From positions 2,060-66,059 of the forward strand of contig NDHX01000006.1 in NCBI GenBank assembly GCA_013626165.1: DNA of 64,000 bases. Direction: 5' to 3'. The position numbers and the translations under genes are program-made. This DNA is from Candidatus Velesiimonas alkalicola. GTDB taxonomy: Bacteria; Omnitrophota; Gorgyraeia; Velesiimonadales; Velesiimonadaceae. A model generated the notes under the pieces. It was not told the origin of the DNA. It was given only the letters and a program-made list of their open reading frames with translations, and did no database searches. Below are positions 19,318-30,219 of the stretch, piece after piece (the first letter of the stretch is position 1; each line of letters opens with the position of its first letter).

Positions 19318-20360
19318 TAGAAGTATCGCATAAATTGTTTTACAACTATAGGTTAAACTAAATAAAAATAGATAATTACCGATAATATATATAAGAGGAT
19401 ATATGGAAATAAGGTTACATAAGAATGCTACTACCTTAAAGATAAGGGATGAGATAAAGAAAAGTAAATTAAGTATAAATGCATTAGCAACTAAATACAA
19501 TATAGGTTGGCATACAGCAAAAAGATGGAGGGAAAGAGAGGATATTCAGGATAGGACATCTCGTCCACACAAATTAAATATAACCTTAACTAAAGAGGAA
19601 GAAGACCTAATATTATTTGAGCGCAAACAAAAGAAATTATCTTGTGAGGATATATATTGTATCCTAAAAGATAAAATCCATAATTTATATCCTATGAAGG
19701 TATATAGATGTGTAGCAAGGAATGGGTTTGGGATAATACCAGAAGAATTTATAAAAGAAGAGAGAAAAATTAAGAAGTTCAAGAAATACACAATAGGGTA
19801 TTTGCATGTAGATACACTCTATGCGCCTAAAATAAACACGACCCAAAATCAAAGATTTTGTGTGCCCGGGCATTATATCTTCACCTGTATAGACAGAGTA
19901 TCAAAGTTAGCATATGTGATAGTAGTAAAGAATAAAAATATGAAAAATAGCAAGATATTATTAGAGAAGGTATTAAAATTTTATCCATATAAGATAAATT
20001 ATATTTTAACAGATAACGGACAAGAGTTTTGTTATAATGCCTTACCAAAGAGTAAAAAGACTAAAAAGATGCATCCATTTGTTAAAGTATGTAAGGATAA
20101 TAAAATACAGCACAGAACAATAAAATTTAAGCACCCATGGACAAATGGACAGGTAGAAGCAATAAATAAGAAAATTAAGCAAAGGGTATTGACAAAATAT
20201 ATTTTTTCTGATACATTAGATTTAGAAAATAAATTGATAGAGTTTACAGAGTATTATAACAAGGAGGCAAAATTAAAAACTTTGGGATATAGGTCTCCCA
20301 AAGAGTACTTAATTGAGAAATATAATATTCAACTAACGTAGCGTTGTAAAACAATTAAAG
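19318..20360 (+). mobile_element. IS481/IS3-like insertion sequence with 14-bp terminal inverted repeats
   Basis: Left end aattgttttacaac (19322-19335) and right-end reverse complement aattgttttacaac (20343-20358). The AT-rich content (~28% GC) carries a single DDE transposase. Confidence 0.75.
19403..20341 (+). CDS. DDE transposase (integrase-core rve domain), IS481-like
   Basis: 312 aa with an N-terminal HTH and a catalytic region with TDNGQEF and HPWTNGQVE motifs. Confidence 0.8.
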   Translation: MEIRLHKNATTLKIRDEIKKSKLSINALATKYNIGWHTAKRWREREDIQDRTSRPHKLNITLTKEEEDLILFERKQKKLSCEDIYCILKDKIHNLYPMKVYRCVARNGFGIIPEEFIKEERKIKKFKKYTIGYLHVDTLYAPKINTTQNQRFCVPGHYIFTCIDRVSKLAYVIVVKNKNMKNSKILLEKVLKFYPYKINYILTDNGQEFCYNALPKSKKTKKMHPFVKVCKDNKIQHRTIKFKHPWTNGQVEAINKKIKQRVLTKYIFSDTLDLENKLIEFTEYYNKEAKLKTLGYRSPKEYLIEKYNIQLT

Positions 20361-20488
20361 AAAAGACTAAAATCTATTCTGTTAGCAGGCAGGTAAAAAG
20401 GCAAAGAAAATTGTTTGACAGTTTAAGAAAGAAGAGTTAAAATAAAGTGGTCTTTTGAAAAAGTAATATGGGGTTTACTGAATTTACA
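20355..20488 (+). repeat. 134-bp direct repeat, copy 1, abutting the IS right end
   Basis: Near-identical to 23676-23808, with 2-3 mismatches. Confidence 0.9.
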
Positions 20489-20678
20489 CTATCCCCGGTC
20501 TTCTTATTTTTGTAACGGTTCTGACTTATAACCTTTTCGGCGACGGACTTCGCGAAATTACCACTACCACTGCCTAAGGCATACAGGGGCAAGTCCCTTT
20601 TTTTGTCATTCCCGCATGCAGTAAGCGGGAATCCAGTTTGTCCCCTGTATTCACTTTGAGTTATAATATCAAAAGATT

Positions 20679-21800
20679 ATGGAGATACCAAATAAGGCAA
20701 AAGAGGAGATATTTGAGATAAAGAAAAGAATTACCAGCCTTTACGAGAGAAAACCGTTGGACCGTCTACCGTTCTTCTTCAACATCGGTAAGTATGAAGG
20801 CTTCTCTTTAGAAAAACAGGCAGAGGGTGGCCGGAACGCAGCCCGAGCGATGAAAGACCATCAGTTTCATTTAGAAGAGCAGATTAAGGGATTCCAACAG
20901 AAGTTGTCCGCTAAATTTAAGGACGACGCCCTCTTTTCTTTATCTCCCATCGCGGGAGTTGGTACTATCGCCTCAGCCTTTGGTTGTCCAACCAGATTTC
21001 TTGATGATAACATGCCCTGGACCGAACATATCATTGATGACCCGAAAGATATTATTCATCTGAAGCCGGAAATAAAGAAAGCCGAGATATTCAACTTAGC
21101 GTTAGAGAAGGCGCTTTACTTCCGGAATAAGGTCGGTTCTGGCTTTCCGATATCCCTTCCCGATATTCAGGGTCCGGTGGACACCGCAGGTATTGTGATG
21201 CAGGATACCCGGTTGTTTGAAGCGGTTTACACCCATCCTCAAGAGGTCCACCTCCTGATGAAGATGGTTGCCGAAACCATAATCAGGATGGTACGCACTT
21301 TTGAAGAGAAGGTAACCAATCTCTTCTGCTATAGCCACAGCAACTGGCTTCCCTACGGAATTTATATGAGTGACGATTATTTAGCGGTAATCTCACCCAA
21401 GATATATGCGGAGTTTGTGGTACCTTACAACGAGATGATTGCCCGTGAGTTCGGCGGTGTATTCCTCCACTCCTGCGGCGATTACACCCACCAGGCCGGG
21501 AACCTTTTAGGGACGAAGGGACTTATGGGTGTGGATTTCCACGAGTTTCCCATCAACAAGATGGCGGAGAAAACCAACGCCAAAATCGTCTTTGTTTCCG
21601 GATATGTGGATGACGCGTACATGAATTTTAATGAACGAGCCAGTAACACAAAAGAACAGATTATCCGGCGTTCCTGGCAGGATTTAGAGAAACTGAAAGA
21701 AGTAAAAAACAAAAGAATTATATTCACGGGGACCTGCTGGGAAGAAGAAAGAGCAGTAGAATATTACCATAAGATGGTTTCTTATTTAACAGGTGCGTAA
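20679..21800 (+). CDS. Uroporphyrinogen decarboxylase (URO-D) family protein, MtaA/methylcobamide methyltransferase-like
   Basis: 373 aa with the URO-D family pattern (QGPVDTAG..., C-terminal Zn/His region). Its GC content is much higher than the flanking DNA. Confidence 0.65.
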   Translation: MEIPNKAKEEIFEIKKRITSLYERKPLDRLPFFFNIGKYEGFSLEKQAEGGRNAARAMKDHQFHLEEQIKGFQQKLSAKFKDDALFSLSPIAGVGTIASAFGCPTRFLDDNMPWTEHIIDDPKDIIHLKPEIKKAEIFNLALEKALYFRNKVGSGFPISLPDIQGPVDTAGIVMQDTRLFEAVYTHPQEVHLLMKMVAETIIRMVRTFEEKVTNLFCYSHSNWLPYGIYMSDDYLAVISPKIYAEFVVPYNEMIAREFGGVFLHSCGDYTHQAGNLLGTKGLMGVDFHEFPINKMAEKTNAKIVFVSGYVDDAYMNFNERASNTKEQIIRRSWQDLEKLKEVKNKRIIFTGTCWEEERAVEYYHKMVSYLTGA

Positions 21801-23675
21801 GAGGAGAGGAGATGGCAAAGATTAAGGGAGTAAAGGCGAGGATGTGTGCTGGCTGACCACATAGGTAACACTGGACTACGGATTTTAGCAAGTTCCTTTT
21901 CAATATATTCTACGAGAAAGTTCACTGAACCCCATCAACCTTATCTATTTGCCCCCTGAATCTCACAAGCCAATTTCTTATTCATCGCTTTTCTAAAACA
22001 GAAGTCTGTCATTAAGTGGAAAAAGACAAAAGTATACCCCTGACCTGTTGTGAATTTTCCAAAAAACTTCACATTACAGATGATAGATAATAGGACAGGA
22101 TAATTGTAATTATAAGTAGCACATTGCCCCCGAAGAAGCTACTCAGGTGCCTGTTGTTCAGGCTTACCCATTGTCCCAGACAATAGTTGTAATTTCAGGT
22201 GTGGTGGTCTCTTTTCCTTAAATAGCCTGCAGTAAGAATCTTCTCAAGTCTTTAGAAAGACCATTTCCTTAGCATATTCTTCAAAGTAGTATTCTAAACA
22301 GCTGCAAGAGTCTGATCCATTAAAAGATAGCTCTGGGTCATTGTAAAAAAACAGCTTTTATTTCTTCCCCTATCTTAGAGTAATTACTGTAGTAATTTTT
22401 CCTGCCAAGAACTGACATCTTAAAACACCTTTCTGCCAGATTATTATCTATAGGTACAAAAGATGCTTTACAAAGATAGTTAATCTTTTCCAATGTTCTT
22501 TAAGACTTTCTATTGCTTTAATCTGCTCTGGATGTTCATATTTTTGCCGGCTACGTTCTTTTGTCTTTTCCAATTTCTCTACCAACTGCTCCTGATAGAT
22601 AGAAAACTTATCAGGATTATTTAGCTGTGCCAGATGTTTTTCATTGATAAGATAGAGATTGGCAATATTATTTATTCATTCCTGTACCCAATAAGTAAGA
22701 ACATAGTGTCTTCTGGATATTTATCCTGTATCTTGATAAAATCTTTTCTTATAAAAATATCCAGGTCTGAAAGTTTCACCTGGAAGACCTGCCTTTGTAA
22801 AAAAAGACTGAAAAGATACTTATTCAGAATTACCTTAACCCAAAAGCTTACATCAAATTTACCCTTCTATGTATAATCTTTGGAGAAAAGAAGAAGTTAT
22901 AATAGGATTTAGACAAGAACAGGTTTTCTTATATTTCCTGCTCTGCTTTCTTCTTAAGAAAATAGGTCTTTCTTACCACTATCTTATAGGAATCTTCTGC
23001 AGTAGATAATTCTTCTAAAGACAATCTACATCTTTTACAATATCTTTCTTCTTTGGGTAATTTACAGAACTTTTCTACTTTTGGTAAGTTTTCAGGAGTC
23101 TTTTGTCTATAATACTTGGTAACTATCCTGAGCTTCTTGTTCTCTCCTTTCTGCTTTTACTTTTTAGACAGGTTTACTATCTTAAGTAAGAACAGGCATC
23201 TTTCTTGTAGCTTTGTTTTTCTATACTTTCTATTTTTATTTTTAGAATTCTATTTTCTTTTCTAAGTTTTTGATTTTTTCTCTTAAACTTTCCTTGTAAA
23301 CCAGTTGCATCTTTTACTTCTTTTTCTTTAGTATCTTCAAAGCATCCTTACATATTAGAGGCTAAATTCTTTATCTTTACCCAGGGGAAAATCAAAAAAA
23401 GAGGGAGGGGAGTTTAATTATTCTTTCTTTCTCTATTTGCAAGAAGAGCCTTTTTTAATGCATGCTGTTTTAATTGAGCATTTTGACCAGGCCAATTTAT
23501 CTTTTCACAAATTATTTAAGAGAGTTTGGTTTGAGAAAGATGAAAGTTCTTCTTTATAATCTTTTTTATTTCTTTTATTTTCTCTTTCAGTAAATTGCCG
23601 ACCATGATATATATTTTTCATCTTACAATAAATTATCATAAAAGAAAAAGCAATGTAAGTTTTTAGAATTATTTA

Positions 23676-23808
23676 TTAAAGAAAAGACTAAAATCTATTC
23701 TGTTAGCAGGCAGTTAAAAAGGCAAGGAAAATTGTTTGACAGTTTAAGAAAGAAGAGTTAAAATAAAATGGTCTTTTGAAAAAGTAATATGGGGTTTACT
23801 GAATTTAC
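23676..23808 (+). repeat. 134-bp direct repeat, copy 2
   Basis: Matches 20355-20488. It is preceded by ORF-poor AT-rich DNA (21.85-23.67 kb) containing stop-ridden reading-frame fragments. Confidence 0.9.
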
Positions 23809-24671
23809 GCCCCACCGGACCCATTTTTTCTATGAGTACTTTAACAGATTTCTTTATTACAACTTTTTCATCCATATATTTTTCTTTCACTTTAAACCCT
23901 CCTTTTGACAAAAAACAACAGGGTTGCCACACCATGTATTTATCTCTTATGAAACAGACACTTAGTGATATCCGGAATAGCTTCTATTTCTTGGAAATGA
24001 ACCAGCAAGACTAACAATCTATAAATACTTTCCCTCACTTTTGATTGTATCAAATTAGCAGCTTCTGTTTCCATGTGGATTCTCAAATAATTTTGTTCAT
24101 CAAAAGGTCTACCTAACGCGCACACATCAAGGTAAACATATTCCGATTTCACTTTCATTTTCTGATATTTTCTCGTCTTCCACATGAAATTCTACCACGA
24201 AAAGATAATATTGTCAAATAGTTGTATAAGTCATACATATATGCATCAGGGTTAGTACTTTCAATAAAATACTTCATTTTGCTTAATTCACATGATGGTT
24301 CACCTCATAGAGACGAGATCTCACCAAAGTAGGACGGAGTTTTCAATCAGTTGATTATTCAATTACCTAAAATTAAACCAAAAAAAATCAGAAAAAAAAC
24401 CTAACCTTCAACGTCGTATATGTATCTTAACTTTTTCACCACTGTTAGAAAATATTATTGTCGTTTCTAACAGGGTCAAGCACTTATTTTTTAATTTTTT
24501 TAAGGGGAATGGAAACAGACATATATTAAAAACCTCGCTCATTTAGTATAATGAGGTTGTTGAAAAACCCTTCACAATCTCTGATTGCTTAGATTTTTGA
24601 AAGAGGACATCGATTTTAGGGTCTGATGAGTTTTTCACCCTGTCATCTAAAACGAGGAGAAAAATATTCTT

Positions 24672-25430
24672 ATGAAAAATAAAATAATTATTTCAGTAAT
24701 AATTCTTATTTTTTCTATATTGATACTTTTCTTTTATTTGCCCAATCAGTATGTTGTTCCTGTGCTTGTGTATCATAGAATAGGAGAGCCTGCTGACGGT
24801 TTAACGGTGTCTGCTGAAACATTTGAAAAACAGATTAAACACTTAAAGCAAAACAATTACAAAATATGGAGCCTTTATGATTATATAGAGTATACAAAAA
24901 ATATCCCTGCCAGAAATATACCGAGAAAATCTGTTGTCATAACATTTGATGATGGATGTAAGAGTATTGCAGATTATGCATACCCTGTAATATTACAACA
25001 CAAAGCCCCTATAACAATCTTTGTTATATCTGGTTTTATTAATAATATAAGTTATATAGGGAAAGAAAAATTAAAAGAGCTCCATGAAAGCGGACTTGTA
25101 ATAATAGGAAGCCATACTGTCCATCATATGGCACTTACAGACTTAACAGCTCAAGAGGTAAAATATCAGGTCAAAACCTCAAAGTCAGATTTAGAAAGTA
25201 TATTAGACACAAAAATAGATTTTTTCTGCTATCCCTTTGGGGCATTTAACGAAGACATAAAAAATGAAGTAAAAAAGGCAGGTTATATGCTTGCCTGTGC
25301 AACAAAAGTAAGAGGAAAAAGAGCTGATATATTTTCTGTCCGAAGAATAAAAATAACAGAAAGAAATAAGATAGGGCCATCGTTCCGCATAAAATTAAGC
25401 GGGTATTATAATTTTTTGAAAAGAAGATAA
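24672..25430 (+). CDS. Polysaccharide deacetylase (NodB-homology domain) with an N-terminal membrane anchor
   Basis: 252 aa with a TM helix followed by VLVYHRI...ITFDDG...GSHTVHH motifs of the CE4/PgaB-like deacetylases. Confidence 0.75.
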   Translation: MKNKIIISVIILIFSILILFFYLPNQYVVPVLVYHRIGEPADGLTVSAETFEKQIKHLKQNNYKIWSLYDYIEYTKNIPARNIPRKSVVITFDDGCKSIADYAYPVILQHKAPITIFVISGFINNISYIGKEKLKELHESGLVIIGSHTVHHMALTDLTAQEVKYQVKTSKSDLESILDTKIDFFCYPFGAFNEDIKNEVKKAGYMLACATKVRGKRADIFSVRRIKITERNKIGPSFRIKLSGYYNFLKRR

Positions 25431-25454
25431 AGAAAACAGATGACAAGGTGACAG

Positions 25455-25530
25455 GCATAAGAGGCAGGAGGTAGTAGGTAGTAGGCAGTAGATAGTAGGT
25501 AGGAAGTAGGAGTCAAGGTGGGGGACTGGC
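25455..25530. repeat. Low-complexity intergenic repeat shared with 4855-4915 in inverted orientation
   Basis: The reverse complement contains cctcctgcctcttatgcctgtcacc, against cctcctacttcttatgccagtcacc at 4868-4892. Both are embedded in degenerate short tandem repeats (gtaggtag / gtcacc). Confidence 0.7.
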
Positions 25531-25653
25531 GACTGGAACCCCGGGCACCAGGGTATCCTTCAGATGGGGCGTGGATTATGTTTTGAATTTATTTGTGATG
25601 TGAAAATTGGAAATTGTTTATACCTTGGTGGCGCCCTACAGGCAGTAGTCTAC

Positions 25654-26631
25654 TTACCTAGGTGTTTTGCTTATAACTAAACTTGCCGCTCCGAGAACAC
25701 CTGTGTCATCACCTAATTTTGCCCTTAAAATCTTGCAGGATTCAAATGGCCTTTTCCATGTGAATTTTTTAACGCTATCTTTCAGGGGTTTTAAAAAAAG
25801 CGCACCCATCTTCATAACGCTTCCTCCAAAAACCACAACCTCCGGATTGACAATCTGTATAACTGCTGATGTTGCAAACCCTAAATAGTATGCGGCCTGC
25901 TCAATAACATACCTTGCCGTCTTGTCACCTAACATTGCAGCTTCTGCAACAACTTTTGTACTGATGTTTTCCCGTATGCCTGCAATCTTTAATATCTTAG
26001 AATCGAGGCGCCTACGAAAAGTGGGTCGTACCATCTGGCGCGCAAATCTTGCAATAGATGTTCCGCTTGAGTACATCTCAAGGCATCCAACCTTCCCGCA
26101 ATTGCACACAGGCCCTTCGAGGTTAACCGTCATGTGACCTATTTCTGCCGCATCAAAGGTAAAGCCATGATGAATCTTTTTATCTATTATAAGTCCACCA
26201 CCTATCCCGGTACTTACTGTAAAATAAAAAAGGCTGTTTGCCCCAATTCCTGCACCAAATATATTTTCACCAAGTCCGGCTGCATTTGCATCATTGTCCA
26301 TAATTGTAGGGAGTTTAATTTTTTTCTTTAAACAGTCAACAAAAGGAACATAATCCCATCCGAACATATTGGGTGGAGAAAGTATCATCCCCTTTTCAAA
26401 ATCCATAGGACCGGGCGCTCCTATACCTATACCCATTATCCTGTCCTTTTTTTTAATATGTTTTTTATGCAAATTATTTATTACATCTATTATATTTGTA
26501 ATATTAGCCTTCCATCCCCCTACTTTAAAGGTGTTCCACCTTATTTTTTCAACTACTGAACCGTTCAGTGTTATAAGTCCAACATCTGTTTTTGTGCCAC
26601 CTATGTCAACTCCGAAAACATATTTTTTCAT
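25654..26631 (-). CDS. ROK-family sugar kinase (glucokinase/N-acetylglucosamine kinase-like)
   Basis: 325 aa with an N-terminal GVDIGGTKT and a zinc motif CNCGKVGCLE. Confidence 0.8.
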   Translation of the reverse strand: MKKYVFGVDIGGTKTDVGLITLNGSVVEKIRWNTFKVGGWKANITNIIDVINNLHKKHIKKKDRIMGIGIGAPGPMDFEKGMILSPPNMFGWDYVPFVDCLKKKIKLPTIMDNDANAAGLGENIFGAGIGANSLFYFTVSTGIGGGLIIDKKIHHGFTFDAAEIGHMTVNLEGPVCNCGKVGCLEMYSSGTSIARFARQMVRPTFRRRLDSKILKIAGIRENISTKVVAEAAMLGDKTARYVIEQAAYYLGFATSAVIQIVNPEVVVFGGSVMKMGALFLKPLKDSVKKFTWKRPFESCKILRAKLGDDTGVLGAASLVISKTPR

Positions 26632-26682
26632 ACAATTCTTTGTAACCCAACCCCCTGCTCAACCTCGCAAATAAGGTATGGG

Positions 26683-27240
26683 TTACCGCCTCAACAACCC
26701 CCTTTTCATTTTCAACAGGTTAATCTTTTCATTTAATTGTGAAAGTGTCATCTCCTCAGATGAGAGACTTTTCCTTAAATTCAACAATTCCTCACCCCAT
26801 TTTTCAGATTTAATATCAGATTTTCCATTCAGTCTTTCCAGTGCTTCTATTGCCTGTTTATGTCTTTTTATATTGTCCCTCACATATTTGGTCTGTGCCA
26901 CTGCATCTTTTATTTGTTCATTTATTTTCTGCCTGTAAGGGTCAATTTCTGCTTTTATACTTTTTATATCCATATCAGCCTGTTTTTTCTCCATCACTAT
27001 TTGTGCCTGAATATCCTTTATTTTATCTTGCAATTTTCTTTTTTCGTTTTGATATTCTTCTCTTCTATATCTTACTCTTTCATCAACATCTTTCTTTTTA
27101 TCAAGCACGTCCTTAAAATCCTTATCTGCTGACAACACCTTTTCTTCTGTTGATGATTTATTAAAAAATTGCAAACCCTCCATCCCGCAACCACAAAGGA
27201 TAAAGATACACATTATTAAACATACATACATTTTATTCAT
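26683..27240 (-). CDS. Coiled-coil lipoprotein of unknown function
   Basis: 185 aa with a signal peptide and lipobox (LCGCG), followed by K/E-rich coiled coil. Confidence 0.5.
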   Translation of the reverse strand: MNKMYVCLIMCIFILCGCGMEGLQFFNKSSTEEKVLSADKDFKDVLDKKKDVDERVRYRREEYQNEKRKLQDKIKDIQAQIVMEKKQADMDIKSIKAEIDPYRQKINEQIKDAVAQTKYVRDNIKRHKQAIEALERLNGKSDIKSEKWGEELLNLRKSLSSEEMTLSQLNEKINLLKMKRGLLRR

Positions 27241-28717
27241 TATTCCCCCCTATAAAGAGCCTTCCGGATTGTTCTAATTTTTGAAGGCCCGATTTTGAAT
27301 CCGCCTCATAATAACACCTCACAACAGGCTCTGTCCCCGATACTCTGAACATTGCCCAGGAATTATCTTCGAGCAAAATCTTTACACCGTCTATCCTGTT
27401 TATTTTTATTACCTTTTTACCTGCAAATTCTCTTACATCAGATCCTGAAAGTTTTTCCAGAACCTTAAAACTATAGGACGGGTTCAAATAAATATCAACC
27501 CTTTTTGTAAGAAATGTCCCATATTTTTTATACAGTTTCTGAAGTATCTGTTTTGGGCTTTTTCTTTTTATGGCAATCATCTCAAGTATCAGAAGATTGG
27601 CAAGAATCCCGTCTTTTTCAGGCAGGTGTTTATATATTGAAAGTCCTCCCGACTCCTCACCCCCTAAAATACAATCTCCTTGTTTTAGTCTTTCACCGAT
27701 ATACTTAAAACCCACGGGTGTCTCATAAACACAAAGTCCGTTATATTGAGCAATTGCATCTATCATATGTGTTGTTGCAAGTGTCCTTGCCACACATTTT
27801 ATTTTTTTTCTCCATTTAGGCAGCCTTGTTAAAATAAGGTGCTCAAGCACAAGACATATTACCTGATTTGCGGTCAGAAGTGTTCCGTCTCTATCAACTA
27901 TACCAAACCTGTCGGCATCCCCATCTGTGGCAAGTCCTGCAATAAGTTTTTTATTTTTAACAATTGAACAAAGTTCAAACAGACTTTCTGCATCAGGCTC
28001 TGGTCGTTTTCCTCCAAACATCGGGTCCGGATAACTGTGAATAACAGTGGCCCTACAACCTGAACCTTCTACAAATCTATCAAGATACCCCCTGGCTGTC
28101 CCGTAAAGGCAGTCCACACCGATTTTTAAATGTGCTTTTCTTATTGCAGAAACATCTATAACAGTATGAAGATGCCTGATATACGCTTTTCCCATTTCAA
28201 CCTGTTTAACAGTAGAAGGTGTCGCACATTCAGATATATATGTTTGTTGTGTGATTCTTGTTTCAATCTCAGATGTAACCTCAACAGGCGCAGGACCTCC
28301 GTAAGAAGATGAAAACTTTATTCCGCTATAATATGCCGGATTATGACTTGCAGTAATATTCACTCCTCCTGCACATTTTTCCCTTACTATATAAAACGCA
28401 ATAACAGGGGTGGGAACATCTCTTGATGAGAGAAGAACACTGATACCTGTTTTTGATAAAACATCTGCGACTGTTTTTGCAAATTCACCAGAAAGAAATC
28501 TTGTATCATATCCTATTACCACACCTTTTTTTGCAAGACCATTTGAGTGCAGATACCCTGCAATCCCTGTTGCAACTTTTGCGACATTTTCCTTTGTAAA
28601 CTCATCGGCAATAATTGCCCTCCAGCCACTTGTCCCGAATTTTATTGGCATATAATCCTTCTCATATAATTTGGCAAGGCCCACCGTATGGGCTCCCTCT
28701 CGTGTTCGTAAGGACAC
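27233..28717 (-). CDS. Phosphoglucomutase/phosphomannomutase (alpha-D-phosphohexomutase family)
   Basis: 494 aa with the active-site TASHNP, a metal loop DGDADR, and sugar-binding GEESGG. Confidence 0.85.
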   Translation of the reverse strand: MSLRTREGAHTVGLAKLYEKDYMPIKFGTSGWRAIIADEFTKENVAKVATGIAGYLHSNGLAKKGVVIGYDTRFLSGEFAKTVADVLSKTGISVLLSSRDVPTPVIAFYIVREKCAGGVNITASHNPAYYSGIKFSSSYGGPAPVEVTSEIETRITQQTYISECATPSTVKQVEMGKAYIRHLHTVIDVSAIRKAHLKIGVDCLYGTARGYLDRFVEGSGCRATVIHSYPDPMFGGKRPEPDAESLFELCSIVKNKKLIAGLATDGDADRFGIVDRDGTLLTANQVICLVLEHLILTRLPKWRKKIKCVARTLATTHMIDAIAQYNGLCVYETPVGFKYIGERLKQGDCILGGEESGGLSIYKHLPEKDGILANLLILEMIAIKRKSPKQILQKLYKKYGTFLTKRVDIYLNPSYSFKVLEKLSGSDVREFAGKKVIKINRIDGVKILLEDNSWAMFRVSGTEPVVRCYYEADSKSGLQKLEQSGRLFIGGNNE

Positions 28718-28733
28718 TCAATTGGAGGCGCCT

Positions 28734-30095
28734 CTAAAGACAATACCCAACCAGTGTGCAATTGTGAACATCTTTGACAAGAACATTGAAAATCTGCCCC
28801 GGTATAAACCTCGTTGGATATGGCAAGCTATCCAGTGGGGTAAACCTATCAACAGGGAAAACAATATTTCTGTTCTTTCTTGTATGTCCTTTTGCCCATA
28901 TGTTAGCGTCTATAGATTTTTTGACAATTTTTTCAACAAGGACTTCCTGTTCTGTGCCTATCAATCTTCTTAAATTATATTTTGCTATAGAAGAAACAAG
29001 GTCAAGTGCTACCCTGTGCCTTGACTTTTTATCGTTTATACTTACATCATCGGAAAGATTATAGGCAGATGTTCCTTTCCTCGTAGAATATTTATACACA
29101 AATGCACCGTCAAACCTTATTTGCTTTAAAACAGAAATCGTATCTTTGAAATCTGTATCTTTTTCCGATGGAAAGCCTACAATTATATCCGTTGTTATAG
29201 AGCACTGCGGAATTATAGACTTACATTTTTCTATCAGTTTAAGATAATATTCCCTTGTATATCCTCTGTTCATAAGCGTTAATATCCTGTCTGAACCGGA
29301 CTGTAAGGGAAGATGGATATGTTCGCACACATTGGGAAGTTCAGCAATTGTTTTAAGAAGTTTTTCATCCACATCCCTTGGATGGCTTGTCAAAAACCTT
29401 ATCCTTTTTATATCAGTTTCTTTATTTATGATTTTCAAAAGTTCAGTGAAATCACATTCTTGATATTTATATGCAGACACATTCTGTCCTAAGAGTGTAA
29501 CCTCCTTTACTCCTTTATTTGTCAAATCTTTTATTTCCCGGACAATCTCTTGCACCGGACGGTTTTTTAATTTTCCTCTTGCATAAGGAACAACACAATA
29601 TGAACAAAAATTTTCGCACCCCTTTGCAATATTTACAAATGCCGATACTTTGCTGTTTACAGATATACTTGTATTATCAGGATAATTCCTTCCAACCTCA
29701 AGTATATTTTTCTCTCCGTTTATTACTCTCTGAATAATATTGCCCATTAAACCTGTATCATCAGGTCCACATGCGAAAGAAAGTCCGGGTATTTTTTCAA
29801 AAACTTCCTCCCTGAGCAACTGCACAGAACATCCTACAAGCCCAACAACCGCCCCTGGTTTCTTTGATATTACATCTTTTGCATACTCTATCGCCCTGTT
29901 TTGAGCATGCTCTCTTACGGAACAGGTATTAAATAGGACAACATCAGCATCCTCAATACCATCAGACACAACAAATCCATCTGTCAGAAGACAGGACAAA
30001 ATCATCTGACTATCCCTTTTATTCATCTGACATCCGAAGGTACGGATAAAGATTTTTTTTGGCATATTTTTATAAGTTTTTGATTCTTTTGACAT
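28734..30095 (-). CDS. miaB: tRNA-i6A37 methylthiotransferase
   Basis: 453 aa with an N-terminal MTTase domain (TFGCQMN), a radical-SAM CxxxCxxC (CENFCSYC) and a TRAM domain. Confidence 0.9.
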   Translation of the reverse strand: MSKESKTYKNMPKKIFIRTFGCQMNKRDSQMILSCLLTDGFVVSDGIEDADVVLFNTCSVREHAQNRAIEYAKDVISKKPGAVVGLVGCSVQLLREEVFEKIPGLSFACGPDDTGLMGNIIQRVINGEKNILEVGRNYPDNTSISVNSKVSAFVNIAKGCENFCSYCVVPYARGKLKNRPVQEIVREIKDLTNKGVKEVTLLGQNVSAYKYQECDFTELLKIINKETDIKRIRFLTSHPRDVDEKLLKTIAELPNVCEHIHLPLQSGSDRILTLMNRGYTREYYLKLIEKCKSIIPQCSITTDIIVGFPSEKDTDFKDTISVLKQIRFDGAFVYKYSTRKGTSAYNLSDDVSINDKKSRHRVALDLVSSIAKYNLRRLIGTEQEVLVEKIVKKSIDANIWAKGHTRKNRNIVFPVDRFTPLDSLPYPTRFIPGQIFNVLVKDVHNCTLVGYCL

Positions 30096-30219
30096 TGTAG
30101 TTTCTTTTCTGTTTCTGAAAACAAAAAATTAAAGTGGGCAAAAAGAAAAAAAGAAATTTTTTTGTGGTAACGCCCCGCCGATGGCGGGGGCGATCTTGAT
30201 GTTTTTAAAAAGCAGCCCG
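30053..30219. repeat. 167-bp direct repeat A (terminator hairpin + miaB promoter + first 14 codons of miaB)
   Basis: Identical, with one substitution and a poly-T length difference, to 37856-38021. It contains the GC hairpin cgccccgccgatggcgggggcg followed by a T-run. Confidence 0.9.

Noticed and set aside
23744-24185. Two small minus-strand ORFs with a faint PIN-domain-like start (YVYLDVCALGRPFDE)
   Set aside because: The similarity is too weak, the ORFs are short and split, and no antitoxin partner is recognisable. They are left unannotated as possible decayed fragments.
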